Shown here piece after piece: positions 36,821 through 46,232 of a stretch of DNA of 64,000 nt. How positions within the stretch are numbered: position 1 is the stretch's first letter; every line of letters begins with the position of its first letter. Below the pieces are notes generated by a model that made no database searches, was not told the DNA's origin, and was given only the letters and a program-made list of their open reading frames with translations. Source of the DNA: an uncultured Enterobacterales bacterium (GTDB taxonomy: Bacteria > Myxococcota_A > UBA796 > JAFGLY01); the NCBI GenBank assembly GCA_964454135.1, contig CAYVQL010000001.1, positions 84,977 to 148,976 on the forward strand. The letters are read 5' to 3'. The translations under genes were made by a program, and so were the position numbers.

Positions 36821-37352
36821 GCAGGCCCTCGGCGTGCGCCCGGCGCAGTGCCTGGGCCACGAAGTCCGACTTGGCGTCGGCATAGGCGTTCACGTCCTGG
36901 CGGTGGCGCTGGGCCAACTCCTGCTTCAGCTCCCAGTAGGCCTGGCGCAGCTCGGCGTGGCTGCGCAGCATGTCCCGGAAGGCCAGCTGGGCGTGCCACT
37001 GGCCCTCGCCCACCGCGTACATGTGCACGTGCACGCGGCGCAGCTCTCGGAAGTAGTGGCGCCGGGCGAGCCCGTACTCGCCCAGGTACTCGAAGCCCAG
37101 CACCTGCAGGGGCGCTACGCAGCGCAGCCCGTCCTCGAAGCGCGCCAGGCCGGGCATGACGTCGATAGTGGGCTTGGCGCCCAGGCCGGGCACCGAGGTG
37201 GAGCCGATGTGCTCCACGGTTCGCAGCCAGGGGCAGGCGCGCTGCAGCTGGGCGCGGATTCCGGCGAAGCGCGCCGGCCAGGCGGGGTCGTAGGGCACCA
37301 GGCGCACGGGGCCAGGAGTGGGACGCGATCCCGCTGGGGGAAGCTCGGTCAT
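36810..37352 (-). CDS. GrpB-family (UPF0157) nucleotidyltransferase-fold protein.
   Basis: HIGSTSVPGLGAKPTIDV motif. Confidence 0.75.
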   Translation of the reverse strand: MTELPPAGSRPTPGPVRLVPYDPAWPARFAGIRAQLQRACPWLRTVEHIGSTSVPGLGAKPTIDVMPGLARFEDGLRCVAPLQVLGFEYLGEYGLARRHYFRELRRVHVHMYAVGEGQWHAQLAFRDMLRSHAELRQAYWELKQELAQRHRQDVNAYADAKSDFVAQALRRAHAEGLLTG

Positions 37353-37502
37353 GGCCGGGAACCTAGCATGAAGATCAGCGGCTTGTCATTTTCTGGTGAC
37401 GCCCCTCGGTCCGCCCGGTGTCGGAAAGGGTGATTCGAGAAACGACCGCCTGCCGCCTGCCGCGCAGAACCGGTCACACCCTCACCGAGACGGGGTTCCA
37501 TC

Positions 37503-38051
37503 ATGCGCTACGCTCTTCCCTTCCTGGCCTTCTCCCTCTCCCTCTCCGCCTGCGAGTACCACGAGTGTGGGCCCTGCGACGACGGTTTCTGGGAGGACTG
37601 CGACCACAACGACTGCCACGACTGGGACGACGACGAGGACCACGAGTGGGCCGACAACGACGACGACGACGGCGGCGGCGAGGACACCGGCGAGGAGCAG
37701 GAGCCCGAGGAGCCCGAGTACAGCTACAGCCTGAGCCCGGCCGAGGCCGAGCCTGGCGACAGCTTCATCGGCTCGCTGGTCGCCGAGGGCGAAGAAGCTC
37801 CTGGCTATGACGCCATCACCAGCATCGAGTTCTACGGCGATGTGCAGGTGCTGGCCAGCGAGGTGCGGGGCGACGAGCTGCTGCTGTCGCTCTCCGTGGA
37901 CTTCGACGCCGAGCTGGGCGCGGTTGACCTGCTGGTGGAGTTCGACGACGGCGACGCCGCCTGGGTGGAGAGCGTGCTGGTGATCTACGAGGTCGGCTCC
38001 GGCCACTCCTCGGACAGCGGCGACGGCGGCGAGACCGATCCCTGCGAGTAG
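37503..38051 (+). CDS. Extremely acidic lipoprotein (Cys/His/Asp-rich N-terminal region).
   Basis: Lipobox LSLSAC. D/E runs encoded by GAC/GAG repeats. Confidence 0.65.
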   Translation: MRYALPFLAFSLSLSACEYHECGPCDDGFWEDCDHNDCHDWDDDEDHEWADNDDDDGGGEDTGEEQEPEEPEYSYSLSPAEAEPGDSFIGSLVAEGEEAPGYDAITSIEFYGDVQVLASEVRGDELLLSLSVDFDAELGAVDLLVEFDDGDAAWVESVLVIYEVGSGHSSDSGDGGETDPCE

Positions 38052-38091
38052 TCGAGACCGACAACCCTTCCGCTTCTTGACGAGGTGCGCC

Positions 38092-39117
38092 ATGACCCCG
38101 CTGCCCATCCTGCTCCTCTCCGCGGCCCTTGCTCCCCAGGCCGGAGCGACCTCCGAGGCCGCCCCTGCCGCGGATGCCAGCGAGCTGGTGGAGCTGCACC
38201 TGGGCGCCTCGTCTCCCGGTGTGCGCCTGGTCTGCAAGCCGCCCCTGGCCCCGGATGCCGATCCGGCCACGGCGCCGCAGCCCTATGTGATCGAGGTACG
38301 CGTGCTGCCCTGGGCCGAGGGCGCTGCCGGGCCGGCGGTCTCTGCGGTGGCCATGGCTGCGCCCACCTACGCCTCCGCGGCACCCGGGGCCGGCGCGGCG
38401 GCCCTGACGGAGATGCCGGTGGAGGCACCACCCACGGGGGTGCAAGCGGCCTTCTTGCGCCACGCCCCGCCCCCCGAGGAGGCGGTGGGCGCCGCAGATC
38501 CCCTGCAGCCGCTGGAGGACGAGCAGCCCGGCTCGGCCCTCTCCGAGGACGAGCAAGCCGCCCTGGACAACTATGGCAAGGCCTGCGACGCGGGTTACGG
38601 CCCCAGCTGCATGGCCCTGGGCCAGCTCTACCAGCAGGGCGAGCTGGTGGCCCAGGACGATGCCAGGGCCCAGGAGTACCTGCAGCGAGCCTGCGACCTG
38701 GGAGAGAGCCAGGCCTGCGAGGCGCTGGCCCCGCCAGCCGCCACCGGGAGCGCCGGTGCGCCGACCGGCGCAGCCCCCCTGGCCGTGGCCGTGACTCCGG
38801 CCGCAGCGCCCCAGCAAGCCCCTGATCCCTTGGAGCAGCTGAAGCAGGGCTGTCGGGAGAACGATCCGGTGGCCTGCAACGGCCTGGGCGAGCGCTACGC
38901 CCATGGCCAGGGCGTGGAGCGCGACTACGGCGTGGCGGCCAAGCTCTTCAAGCAGGCCTGCTCCGAGGGCCAGATGTCCGGCTGCACCAACCTGGGCATC
39001 CTGTACCGGGTGGGCGAGGGTGTCTCCAAGGACGAGCAGCGGGCCCGGCGGCTCTTCATGCTGTCCTGCAACGGCGGGGCCGGGGAGCAGCTGGCTTGTG
39101 ATTTGCTGGAGGAGTGA
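38092..39117 (+). CDS. Secreted Sel1-repeat (TPR-like) protein.
   Basis: Signal peptide MTPLPILLLSAALA. Four or more Sel1 units, each with paired Cys (ACDAGYGPSCMALGQLY..., ACDLGESQAC, ACNGLGERYAHGQGV, GCTNLGILY). Confidence 0.75.
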   Translation: MTPLPILLLSAALAPQAGATSEAAPAADASELVELHLGASSPGVRLVCKPPLAPDADPATAPQPYVIEVRVLPWAEGAAGPAVSAVAMAAPTYASAAPGAGAAALTEMPVEAPPTGVQAAFLRHAPPPEEAVGAADPLQPLEDEQPGSALSEDEQAALDNYGKACDAGYGPSCMALGQLYQQGELVAQDDARAQEYLQRACDLGESQACEALAPPAATGSAGAPTGAAPLAVAVTPAAAPQQAPDPLEQLKQGCRENDPVACNGLGERYAHGQGVERDYGVAAKLFKQACSEGQMSGCTNLGILYRVGEGVSKDEQRARRLFMLSCNGGAGEQLACDLLEE

Positions 39118-39155
39118 GGAAGCGCTTGGCGTAGAATGGTCCGCAAGGAGTGACC

Positions 39156-39980
39156 ATGTCTACGCCTCTGTTCTCGCTCTTGATCGGCCCCACCCTGGCA
39201 GCCCAGGACCTCTCTTCCTTCGCGTGGCTGGCCGGCACCTGGCGCGGTGAGCAGGGCGAGGTGCTGATGGAGGAGACCTGGTCCCAGCCCCAGGCCGGCA
39301 ACATGGTGGGCATGTTCCGCATGCTGCAGGGCGAAGAGGTGGCCTTCTACGAGCTGATGGTCATCGAGCAGGACGAGGGCGGCCCGGTGCTGCGGCTCAA
39401 GCACTTCGACGCCGGCCTGGTGGGCTGGGAGCGCAAAAAACGCTGCGTTTCCTTTCCGCTGCGTGAGAGCGCGGAGGGGCTGGCGGTCTTCGAGAACCCC
39501 GAAGAAGGGGAGCGCCTGCGCTACGAGCTGGGGGAGGGCGGCCTGCAGGTGGATTTGAGTACGCCCGAGGGCGAGAGCGCCTTTTCTTTCCAGCGCGTAC
39601 CACCCTCTGCGGACGAGCCCGCAGCGGCCCAGCCCGGCCTCCTGCAGGGCCTGCGCACGGCCGCCTACCAAGCCCAGGATCTGCAGGCGGCCAAGGCCTT
39701 CTACAGCCAGGTGCTGGGCGAGGAGCCCTACTTCGACCAGCCCTTCTACGTGGGCTACGACGTGGCGGGCTTCGAGCTGGGGCTGACCCCTGTCGAGGGC
39801 GAGGCCGCCGAAGGCGTGACCGCCTACTGGCGCGTGGCCGACATCGACGCGGCCTGGCAGCGCCTGCTGGAGCTGGGTGCCACGGCCCACCGCCCGCCCC
39901 AGGACGTGGGCGACGGCATCCGTGTTGGCACGTTGCAGGATCCCCAGGGCAACCTGCTGGGGATCATCCAGCAGCCCTGA
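39156..39980 (+). CDS. DUF6265-like N-terminal domain fused to a VOC (glyoxalase/bleomycin-resistance fold) domain.
   Basis: AAGGAG RBS 5 nt before the ATG. C-terminal VOC-like betaalphabetabetabeta pattern. Confidence 0.6.
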   Translation: MSTPLFSLLIGPTLAAQDLSSFAWLAGTWRGEQGEVLMEETWSQPQAGNMVGMFRMLQGEEVAFYELMVIEQDEGGPVLRLKHFDAGLVGWERKKRCVSFPLRESAEGLAVFENPEEGERLRYELGEGGLQVDLSTPEGESAFSFQRVPPSADEPAAAQPGLLQGLRTAAYQAQDLQAAKAFYSQVLGEEPYFDQPFYVGYDVAGFELGLTPVEGEAAEGVTAYWRVADIDAAWQRLLELGATAHRPPQDVGDGIRVGTLQDPQGNLLGIIQQP

Positions 39981-41002
39981 TGCGCTGGAAGCTGCGCCTG
40001 GCGGTCTACAGCGGCCTGGCCGGGCTGCCCCTGCTGGCGACATGCGGCTGGTGGCTGCGCTACGGCGCCATGGCGCCCGCTGGCTGCTGCGACCAAGGCG
40101 ACAACGGCCTGTGGATGCGTCGCCACTGGATCCACGGCGGCGGCGACAGCGACCCCCAGGCCCTGGTGCCGGCCCTGAGAACGCTGGGCATCCGGCGCCT
40201 CTACCCCTTCCTGGGGCCCATGGACAGCCAAGGCTGGCCCGGCTGGCGCGACGGCAAGAACATCCGCCGCTACGAGCCGCAGCGGGCCGCCGCCTTCTTT
40301 GCCGAGCTGGAGGCCCTGGACCCCGAGCTGCGGGTGCTGCCCTGGACCGGGGGCGTGCTGCGGCGCGACGTGCGGCCGCAGGACGAGGTGCAGCGTGCGG
40401 CCTATGCCGGCCATTTGGCTGGCCTCTGCGCGGCCGGGGCTGCTGGCGTGCACATCAACGTGGAGCCCTTGCCGCCTTGGGAGCCTGGCTACCTGGACCT
40501 GCTGGCCGAGGTCAAGGCCGCCATCGGCCCCAAAAAGCTGCTCTCCGTGGCGGCCTATCCGCCCCCCAGCGTGCTGCACCCCTACGACGAGGTGCACTGG
40601 GACCTGGATTTCGCGCAGCAGGTCTGCCGCGTGGCCGACGAGCTGGTCTTCATGGCCTACGACACGGGCTTGCGCTTCGCGCCGCTGTACGAGGCCCAGG
40701 TGGCCCACTGGACCCGCGAGCTGACCAGCGCCCTGCCGCCGCCCGAGGAAGGGGGCTGCCAGTGGTCCATGGGGCTCTCCGCCTACGAGGACGACGAACC
40801 CTGGCACGATCCGGACGTGGAGACCATGGCCCATAGCCTGCGCGGCCTGCTGCGCGGCCTGGCGCCGCTGGAGGTCCCGGCCCACTTCACGGGTGTGGCC
40901 GTCTACGCCTCCTGGACCACGGACGCGGCCGAGTGGGCCAGCTACGAGCGCCTGTGGCGCGGGCGTCAGCCCAGCGGCGTGGTGGTGCCCGACGGGGGCT
41001 GA
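39980..41002 (+). CDS. Hypothetical lipoprotein.
   Basis: Lipobox LLATCGW. TGATG coupling to the upstream gene. Confidence 0.55.
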   Translation: MRWKLRLAVYSGLAGLPLLATCGWWLRYGAMAPAGCCDQGDNGLWMRRHWIHGGGDSDPQALVPALRTLGIRRLYPFLGPMDSQGWPGWRDGKNIRRYEPQRAAAFFAELEALDPELRVLPWTGGVLRRDVRPQDEVQRAAYAGHLAGLCAAGAAGVHINVEPLPPWEPGYLDLLAEVKAAIGPKKLLSVAAYPPPSVLHPYDEVHWDLDFAQQVCRVADELVFMAYDTGLRFAPLYEAQVAHWTRELTSALPPPEEGGCQWSMGLSAYEDDEPWHDPDVETMAHSLRGLLRGLAPLEVPAHFTGVAVYASWTTDAAEWASYERLWRGRQPSGVVVPDGG

Positions 41003-41038
41003 GCGGCCGGAGGTTATGCCTGGGCCCTGGAGGTGCCC

Positions 41039-41599
41039 ATGCCCCTGGCCTTCGCGTCCCGCAGCCACGGAACTGTGGCCTTCGGCTTCTTCAACATCGC
41101 CAGCGACATGCTGCTGCTGGAGCGGCTCTTCTTCTTCGCGGATGGCTTCTGCCGGGCCATGGAGGCGCTGGCCGAGGCGGAGCAGGGGATCGAGCTGCCC
41201 GGCTGGCGCATCGACCGGGCCGGGGCGGTGGGCAACCTGCACGGGGCCATCGCGGGCTTCGACCTGTCCGGCTTCATCGGCGCCACCTACCGGCGCTGGC
41301 CCTTTCCAGCGCTGCCCCAGGACTTCAAGCAGCACCCCGAGGGCTGGCGCAGCCAGGAAGAGGTGGCGGGTATGATCGAGGGCTTCGGGAGCGCGCTGGC
41401 CATTCCCGTCAGCTGGGACGGGCGGGAGGCCGGCATTGGAGACTACCGCTTCGACCGGGAGGGGCTGCGCGAGCTGCTGCGCTACGTGGATCGCGGGGGC
41501 TACCCGCGCTGGAAAGGGGAGCGGCGGCCGGAGTACGTGGCGGGGATGATGGAGCGGCTGCGCGGGCAGGGGGAGGGCGTGTTTGCGGGATTGGGGTGA
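41039..41599 (+). CDS. Hypothetical protein.
   Basis: Natural-looking translation. The competing overlapping frame is Pro/Ser/Arg-rich. Confidence 0.45.
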   Translation: MPLAFASRSHGTVAFGFFNIASDMLLLERLFFFADGFCRAMEALAEAEQGIELPGWRIDRAGAVGNLHGAIAGFDLSGFIGATYRRWPFPALPQDFKQHPEGWRSQEEVAGMIEGFGSALAIPVSWDGREAGIGDYRFDREGLRELLRYVDRGGYPRWKGERRPEYVAGMMERLRGQGEGVFAGLG

Positions 41600-41608
41600 G
41601 GGGCTCCC

Positions 41609-42424
41609 CTACACCTCCCACCAAACCAAGGCCGACCGCACCGTCGGCGGCCAGCGCAGCCGCCCCTCCCAGGGCTCCAGCCGCTCCTCCAAGAGCGCCA
41701 GCAACGCTTCATCCCGCTCATCCGGCCCCTCCAGACCCAGACGGCTCTTCACCTCGGCCAGGGCCTCCTCCAGCGAGCCGTGGCTCCAGCGCCCCCACGG
41801 CCCGGCGTCTTCCATCTGCACATGCGCGTAGATGCCCAGCTGCAAGAGCGCGTTGTAGAACACCGCGAAGTTGGGGCTGTCGTGGGGCTGGCCCAGCACC
41901 ATGCGAGCGGCCTGGGCCATGATGCTGTCCTGGGGTGGCACGCGCAGCACCACGGCGCAGGTGTGGCGGGCCTTCTGCTGCATGCGCTCCACGAAGGCCC
42001 GCAGGTCCGGACAGTCGTACAGGGCGTGGGAGCAGAACAGGTAGTCGTGGGGCTGCACCTCCAACTCGGGCCAGCGCCCGCGCAGGATGGGGATGTCCAG
42101 GCCCTGCTCGCGGAAGTTCTTCTCCATCGCACCGATCATGGCGTCCGAGGGATCCAGTGCCGTCACCTGCGCCCCGGTGCCGGCGAAGAGCGCCGCCCAG
42201 TCGCCGGTGCCGGCGCCGATGTCCAGGATCGAGCGGCCCGGGCCCAGCCAGGAGCAGACCGTGCGGCGGGTGGAGTCGGGCTGCCGCCAGCGGCGCTTCA
42301 CGCGGGCGCGGAAGTCCGCTGCGCGTCCGGCCCAGGGATCGCGCGGCGCGCGCTTGGCCCGACGCAGGCGCTGCAGCTGGGCCAGCTCGGCCCACAGGGC
42401 GATCCAGTCGGTCTCGCGGTGCAT
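41609..42424 (-). CDS. Class I SAM-dependent methyltransferase.
   Basis: Motif I ILDIGAGTGDWA. ATG at 42424. The remainder of the 975-aa ORF is rejected. Confidence 0.8.
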   Translation of the reverse strand: MHRETDWIALWAELAQLQRLRRAKRAPRDPWAGRAADFRARVKRRWRQPDSTRRTVCSWLGPGRSILDIGAGTGDWAALFAGTGAQVTALDPSDAMIGAMEKNFREQGLDIPILRGRWPELEVQPHDYLFCSHALYDCPDLRAFVERMQQKARHTCAVVLRVPPQDSIMAQAARMVLGQPHDSPNFAVFYNALLQLGIYAHVQMEDAGPWGRWSHGSLEEALAEVKSRLGLEGPDERDEALLALLEERLEPWEGRLRWPPTVRSALVWWEV

Positions 42425-42498
42425 CGTTTCTCTCCAGGGGCCCATCAGACCATAGCCAAGCGCCGCCGAGCGGGCTGCGTGGCGAATGGGATCCCGCC

Positions 42499-42834
42499 TC
42501 ACACCCCGCCCGTGATCGCCACCAGCGCCACTCCGCAGATCACGAAGAGCACGGGCAAGCAGCCGCAGCCGATGGGCACCAGGGGCAGCAGCTTGCCCGA
42601 GCCCTTGCGGAAGAAGGCCGCAATCCCCAGGATCGATGAAAGGAAGCAGACGAAGAAGCCCGCCATCCAGATGCCTCCGAACAGGTGCCAGAGCGGATCC
42701 TGGTCGTCGATGATGCCCGGCGGCTTCTTGATCTCCCAGAGCATGCCCGTGCACAGGCCGAAGAAGAACAAGAACCAGCCCAGCGCCACGACCAGCAGCG
42801 CGATCTTGCCGAGCTTGGAGCTGTTTTCGCTCAT
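42499..42834 (-). CDS. Small integral membrane protein (3-4 TM helices).
   Basis: Hydrophobic helices. Start at the ATG giving MSENSSKLGKIALLVV. Confidence 0.55.
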   Translation of the reverse strand: MSENSSKLGKIALLVVALGWFLFFFGLCTGMLWEIKKPPGIIDDQDPLWHLFGGIWMAGFFVCFLSSILGIAAFFRKGSGKLLPLVPIGCGCLPVLFVICGVALVAITGGV

Positions 42835-42874
42835 ATAGGGTCTCCTGGTGCTCGAGCCTACCACGGAGACCCCC

Positions 42875-45397
42875 ATGCGCGTCGCCATCGTCCCGGCAAT
42901 GCTGCAGCTCGCTGGCTGCTGCGCCCTCTCCTCCGAGCCGGCCTGGGTGGGCCTGCCCGATCTCGTGCTGGGCGAAGAGCAGACCGAGATCGACCTGCTG
43001 CCCTGGGTCGTGGGCGGCCGGGGCAGCCTCGTCTTCGAGGCGGAATCCGCGGACGAGGCCCTGGTGGCCTGGGCCGAAGACGATCGCCTGGTGCTGGTGC
43101 CTCAGGAAGACGCGCAGGGCGAGACCGAGCTGACGCTGACCGCGCTCGATGCCTGCGACCGCAGCGCCAGCACCAGCCTGACGGTCAGCTACGGCCAGGC
43201 AGGGGCCAGCGCCTCCGGATCCAGCGGCGACGACCGCCAGTTCTTCAGCGATCCCTGCGCCGTCAGCTTCGAGTACGAGGAGCAGGGCTCGCCAAGCGCC
43301 GTCTACCTGGCGGGCGAGTTCAACGACTGGAGCGCCAGCGCCCACCCCATGACCGACGCTGGAGGCGGGCTGTGGACCCTGTCTCTCTCTCGGGACGAGC
43401 TGCCCGACGGCGCCTTCGTCTACAAGTTCGTGGAGGAGAGCGGAGGCAGCGAGCACTGGACCTGCGATCCGCGCGCCACGCTGATCCACTGCGAAGAGGG
43501 CTACATCCCGGCCGGCACCTACGCCTACGAGCACGACTGCGGCCTGGACGCCGGCAGCTGCAACTCCATGCTGCTGCTGGAGGACGCGGACACGCCGCGG
43601 CTGTGGACCGACAGCTTCACCGTGGATGCGGTGGCAGGCGAGCTGAGCGTGCAGGCCTCGTTCACGGCCGGCTGCGCCGGCGATGCCCTCTCGTCCTGGA
43701 GCGCCAGCCTGGACGGCGAAGCCATCGACAACCAGGGTTCGGGCGACAGCTTCGAGTACAGCGCCACGGGCCTGGCCGACGGGCGCCACACCCTGCGCCT
43801 GCAGGCCACGGACGCCGCCGGCCACCAGAGCGAGGAGACCTACCTGCCCTTCTGGGTGGAGGCCCAGGAGGGCTGGCGCTCGGGCGTGCTCTACTTCGCC
43901 TTCGTGGACCGCTTCGCCCGCGGCGCCGTGGGCGACACCACCGACGGGGCCTCCGCAGCGCTGGCGGACTGGGAGGGCGGCGACCTGGACGGCGTGATCC
44001 AGTCGCTGGACTACCTGCAGCAGCTGGGCGTGACCGCCATCTGGCTGTCCAACCTGCAGGACAACGCCGCGGGCACCTACGACGGCGACTGCGGCAGCTA
44101 CTCGGCCTACCACGGCTACTGGCCCGTCAGCGCCTTCGAGGTGGAGGAGCACTTCGGCGACGCTGACACCGTGCGCCAGCTGGTAGACGAGGCCCACGCG
44201 CGCGGCATGCGGGTGCTGATGGACTGGGCCGCCAACCACGTGCACCAGGATCACCCCTACACCACCGAGCATGCCGACTGGTTCGCCGACTACGACGAGG
44301 GCTTGCTCTGCGACAACTACGACAACTGGAACGACATCCCCGAGACCTGCTGGTTCGACCCCTTCCTGCCCGACATCCTCTACTACGAGCCCGAGCCCCT
44401 GGCCGTGATGGTGGAGGACGGCCTGTGGTGGGCCAAGGAGTACCAGCTGGACGGCTTCCGCGTGGACGCCGCCAAGCACATGCCCCACAGCGTGGTCTGG
44501 AACATGAGCGCGCGCATCGACCAGGAGCTGGAGCACACCTACGCCGGCGGCGACCAGGACTTCTACACCATCGGCGAGACCTTCTCCGGGGCCGACGTGG
44601 TCTCCTGCTACGTCAGCGAGGACGAGCTGGATGGCCAGTTCGACTTCGACATCTACTGGGCGCTACGGGCCGTGCTGCTGGGCTCCAGCTGGTTCTCCGA
44701 CCTGGAGGGCGCCGTGGCAAACGGCCAGTCCGTCTACGGCGACGCCCTGATGGGCACCTTTTTGGGCAACCACGACGTGTCGCGCTTCATCTCCTACGGC
44801 GAGACGGGCGGTGGCTCCGACGGCATCTTCTGCGAGCAGGCCTACCTGCCCGGCAGCGAGGGCGACGACAGCTTCGCCCGCCTGCGCCTGGCCTGGACCT
44901 TCCTGCTGACCCACCCCGGCATCCCCCTGATCTACTACGGCGATGAGCTGGGCCTGCCCGGCAACCACGACCCCGACAACCGCCACCCCCTGTGGTGGTA
45001 CGCGCCGGCCTTCGACGACGCCGGCGCTGTGGACATGGACGACGTGATCGCCGACGGCTTCGCCGACCAGCGGCAGCGCGACGTGCTGGAGCACGTGGCT
45101 GCGCTGGCGCCCCTGCGCCAGGAGCATCCCGCCTTCTGGCAGGGAGAGCAGGCCCAATGGTGGCTCGAGGAGGATGTCTACGCCTACGCGCGCGTCTTTG
45201 AGGGCGACGAGCTGCTGGTGATCCTCAACGGCGACACCCAGGAGCGGGTCTTCATCAACGCCCTGGCGTTTGCCGGCCTGTCCAGCGACGCCGAGTTCGA
45301 GGACGTGCTGACCGGGCAGCGCTTCAACGCCAGCGGCGACAGCATCACGGTGGACGTGCCGGCGCTGGGCTCGCGGGTGCTGGTGTTGGCGGAGTGA
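42875..45397 (+). CDS. GH13 alpha-amylase-family glycoside hydrolase lipoprotein with an N-terminal Ig/CBM48-like domain.
   Basis: Lipobox LQLAGC. GH13 regions GFRVDAAKH, catalytic EHTYAGGDQDFYTIGETF, FLGNHD. Confidence 0.85.
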   Translation: MRVAIVPAMLQLAGCCALSSEPAWVGLPDLVLGEEQTEIDLLPWVVGGRGSLVFEAESADEALVAWAEDDRLVLVPQEDAQGETELTLTALDACDRSASTSLTVSYGQAGASASGSSGDDRQFFSDPCAVSFEYEEQGSPSAVYLAGEFNDWSASAHPMTDAGGGLWTLSLSRDELPDGAFVYKFVEESGGSEHWTCDPRATLIHCEEGYIPAGTYAYEHDCGLDAGSCNSMLLLEDADTPRLWTDSFTVDAVAGELSVQASFTAGCAGDALSSWSASLDGEAIDNQGSGDSFEYSATGLADGRHTLRLQATDAAGHQSEETYLPFWVEAQEGWRSGVLYFAFVDRFARGAVGDTTDGASAALADWEGGDLDGVIQSLDYLQQLGVTAIWLSNLQDNAAGTYDGDCGSYSAYHGYWPVSAFEVEEHFGDADTVRQLVDEAHARGMRVLMDWAANHVHQDHPYTTEHADWFADYDEGLLCDNYDNWNDIPETCWFDPFLPDILYYEPEPLAVMVEDGLWWAKEYQLDGFRVDAAKHMPHSVVWNMSARIDQELEHTYAGGDQDFYTIGETFSGADVVSCYVSEDELDGQFDFDIYWALRAVLLGSSWFSDLEGAVANGQSVYGDALMGTFLGNHDVSRFISYGETGGGSDGIFCEQAYLPGSEGDDSFARLRLAWTFLLTHPGIPLIYYGDELGLPGNHDPDNRHPLWWYAPAFDDAGAVDMDDVIADGFADQRQRDVLEHVAALAPLRQEHPAFWQGEQAQWWLEEDVYAYARVFEGDELLVILNGDTQERVFINALAFAGLSSDAEFEDVLTGQRFNASGDSITVDVPALGSRVLVLAE

Positions 45398-45417
45398 GCG
45401 GCGTCGGGAGCGCCCGA

Positions 45418-46209
45418 TCAGGCCAGGCGCTCGCGCAGGAGCTGGGCCGTGCGTTCGGGTGCCTCCGTTCCGAAGTCATGGCCTGCGCCTGCAAGCCACG
45501 CCAGCCGCGCGTCCGGGATCAGCTGCGCGAGGATGCGTGAGTTCTCAGGTGGAATCACCTGGTCCGCGTCGCCGCTGAGCACGAGCGTCGGAATCCGCAG
45601 GTCGCCGAGCCGATGGCTGGCGTCGTATCGCAGCGCCGCCCCGACCTGCCACAGAAAGCCCCGGCGACTGGCGGGCCAGCGGCGCGCGATGGCCAGCCAG
45701 CGCTGCACGATCTCCGGGTGGGCCGCCAGGTAGCCGGGCGACAGGAGCCGCGGGGCCGCGCGGCGCAGGGCGACCTCGGCGGGCAGCGCCACCGAGCCAA
45801 CGAGTCCGCAGAGGCGCCGCGCCGCCGGTCGCTGCGCGTGCGGGCCCCCGGCACTGCTGGCGCCGATGGCCAGGCGGCTCACCAGGCTGGGGTGGCTCAT
45901 AGCCAGCTCCTGGGCGATCATGCCGCCCAGCGAGAGCCCGAAGACGGCGACGGGCCCCAGGTCCAGCGCCCGCAGCAGGGCTGCCGTGTCCTGCGCCATG
46001 TCCGCCACCGACCACGGCCCCCGCGGCCGCGAGGAGCCGCCCACGCCTCGGTTGTCCATCAAGACCACCTGGAAGTGGGCGGCCAGGCAGGGGACCAGGT
46101 CCAGCCAGTACTCCAGGCAGCGCCCCAGGCCGCGGATCAGCAGCAGGGCGGGGCCTTGGCCGACGATGCGGTAGCGCAGGGTCAGGCCGTTGGCGGAGAG
46201 GGTGGGCAT
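45418..46209 (-). CDS. Alpha/beta hydrolase.
   Basis: GLSLGGMIA nucleophile elbow and HG oxyanion region. Confidence 0.8.
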   Translation of the reverse strand: MPTLSANGLTLRYRIVGQGPALLLIRGLGRCLEYWLDLVPCLAAHFQVVLMDNRGVGGSSRPRGPWSVADMAQDTAALLRALDLGPVAVFGLSLGGMIAQELAMSHPSLVSRLAIGASSAGGPHAQRPAARRLCGLVGSVALPAEVALRRAAPRLLSPGYLAAHPEIVQRWLAIARRWPASRRGFLWQVGAALRYDASHRLGDLRIPTLVLSGDADQVIPPENSRILAQLIPDARLAWLAGAGHDFGTEAPERTAQLLRERLA

Positions 46210-46232
46210 GGGGAATCGATAACGCGGAAGTT

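Noticed and set aside
33959-36883. Upstream 975 codons of ORF 32870..36883 (-) and the upstream part of ORF 31364..35488 (+).
   Set aside because: Only the PilT-like ATPase (32870..33958) and tldD (34055..35488) portions show real domains and have RBS plus ATG. The rest is antisense to tldD/pmbA and to the rSAM/PilZ genes respectively.
42425-44536. Upstream part of ORF 41609..44536 (-) and ORFs 47607..50381 (-), 53533..54948 (+).
   Set aside because: They are antisense to the GH13 amylase, the GT87-like/PLD genes, and the SPFH gene. Translations are low-complexity.
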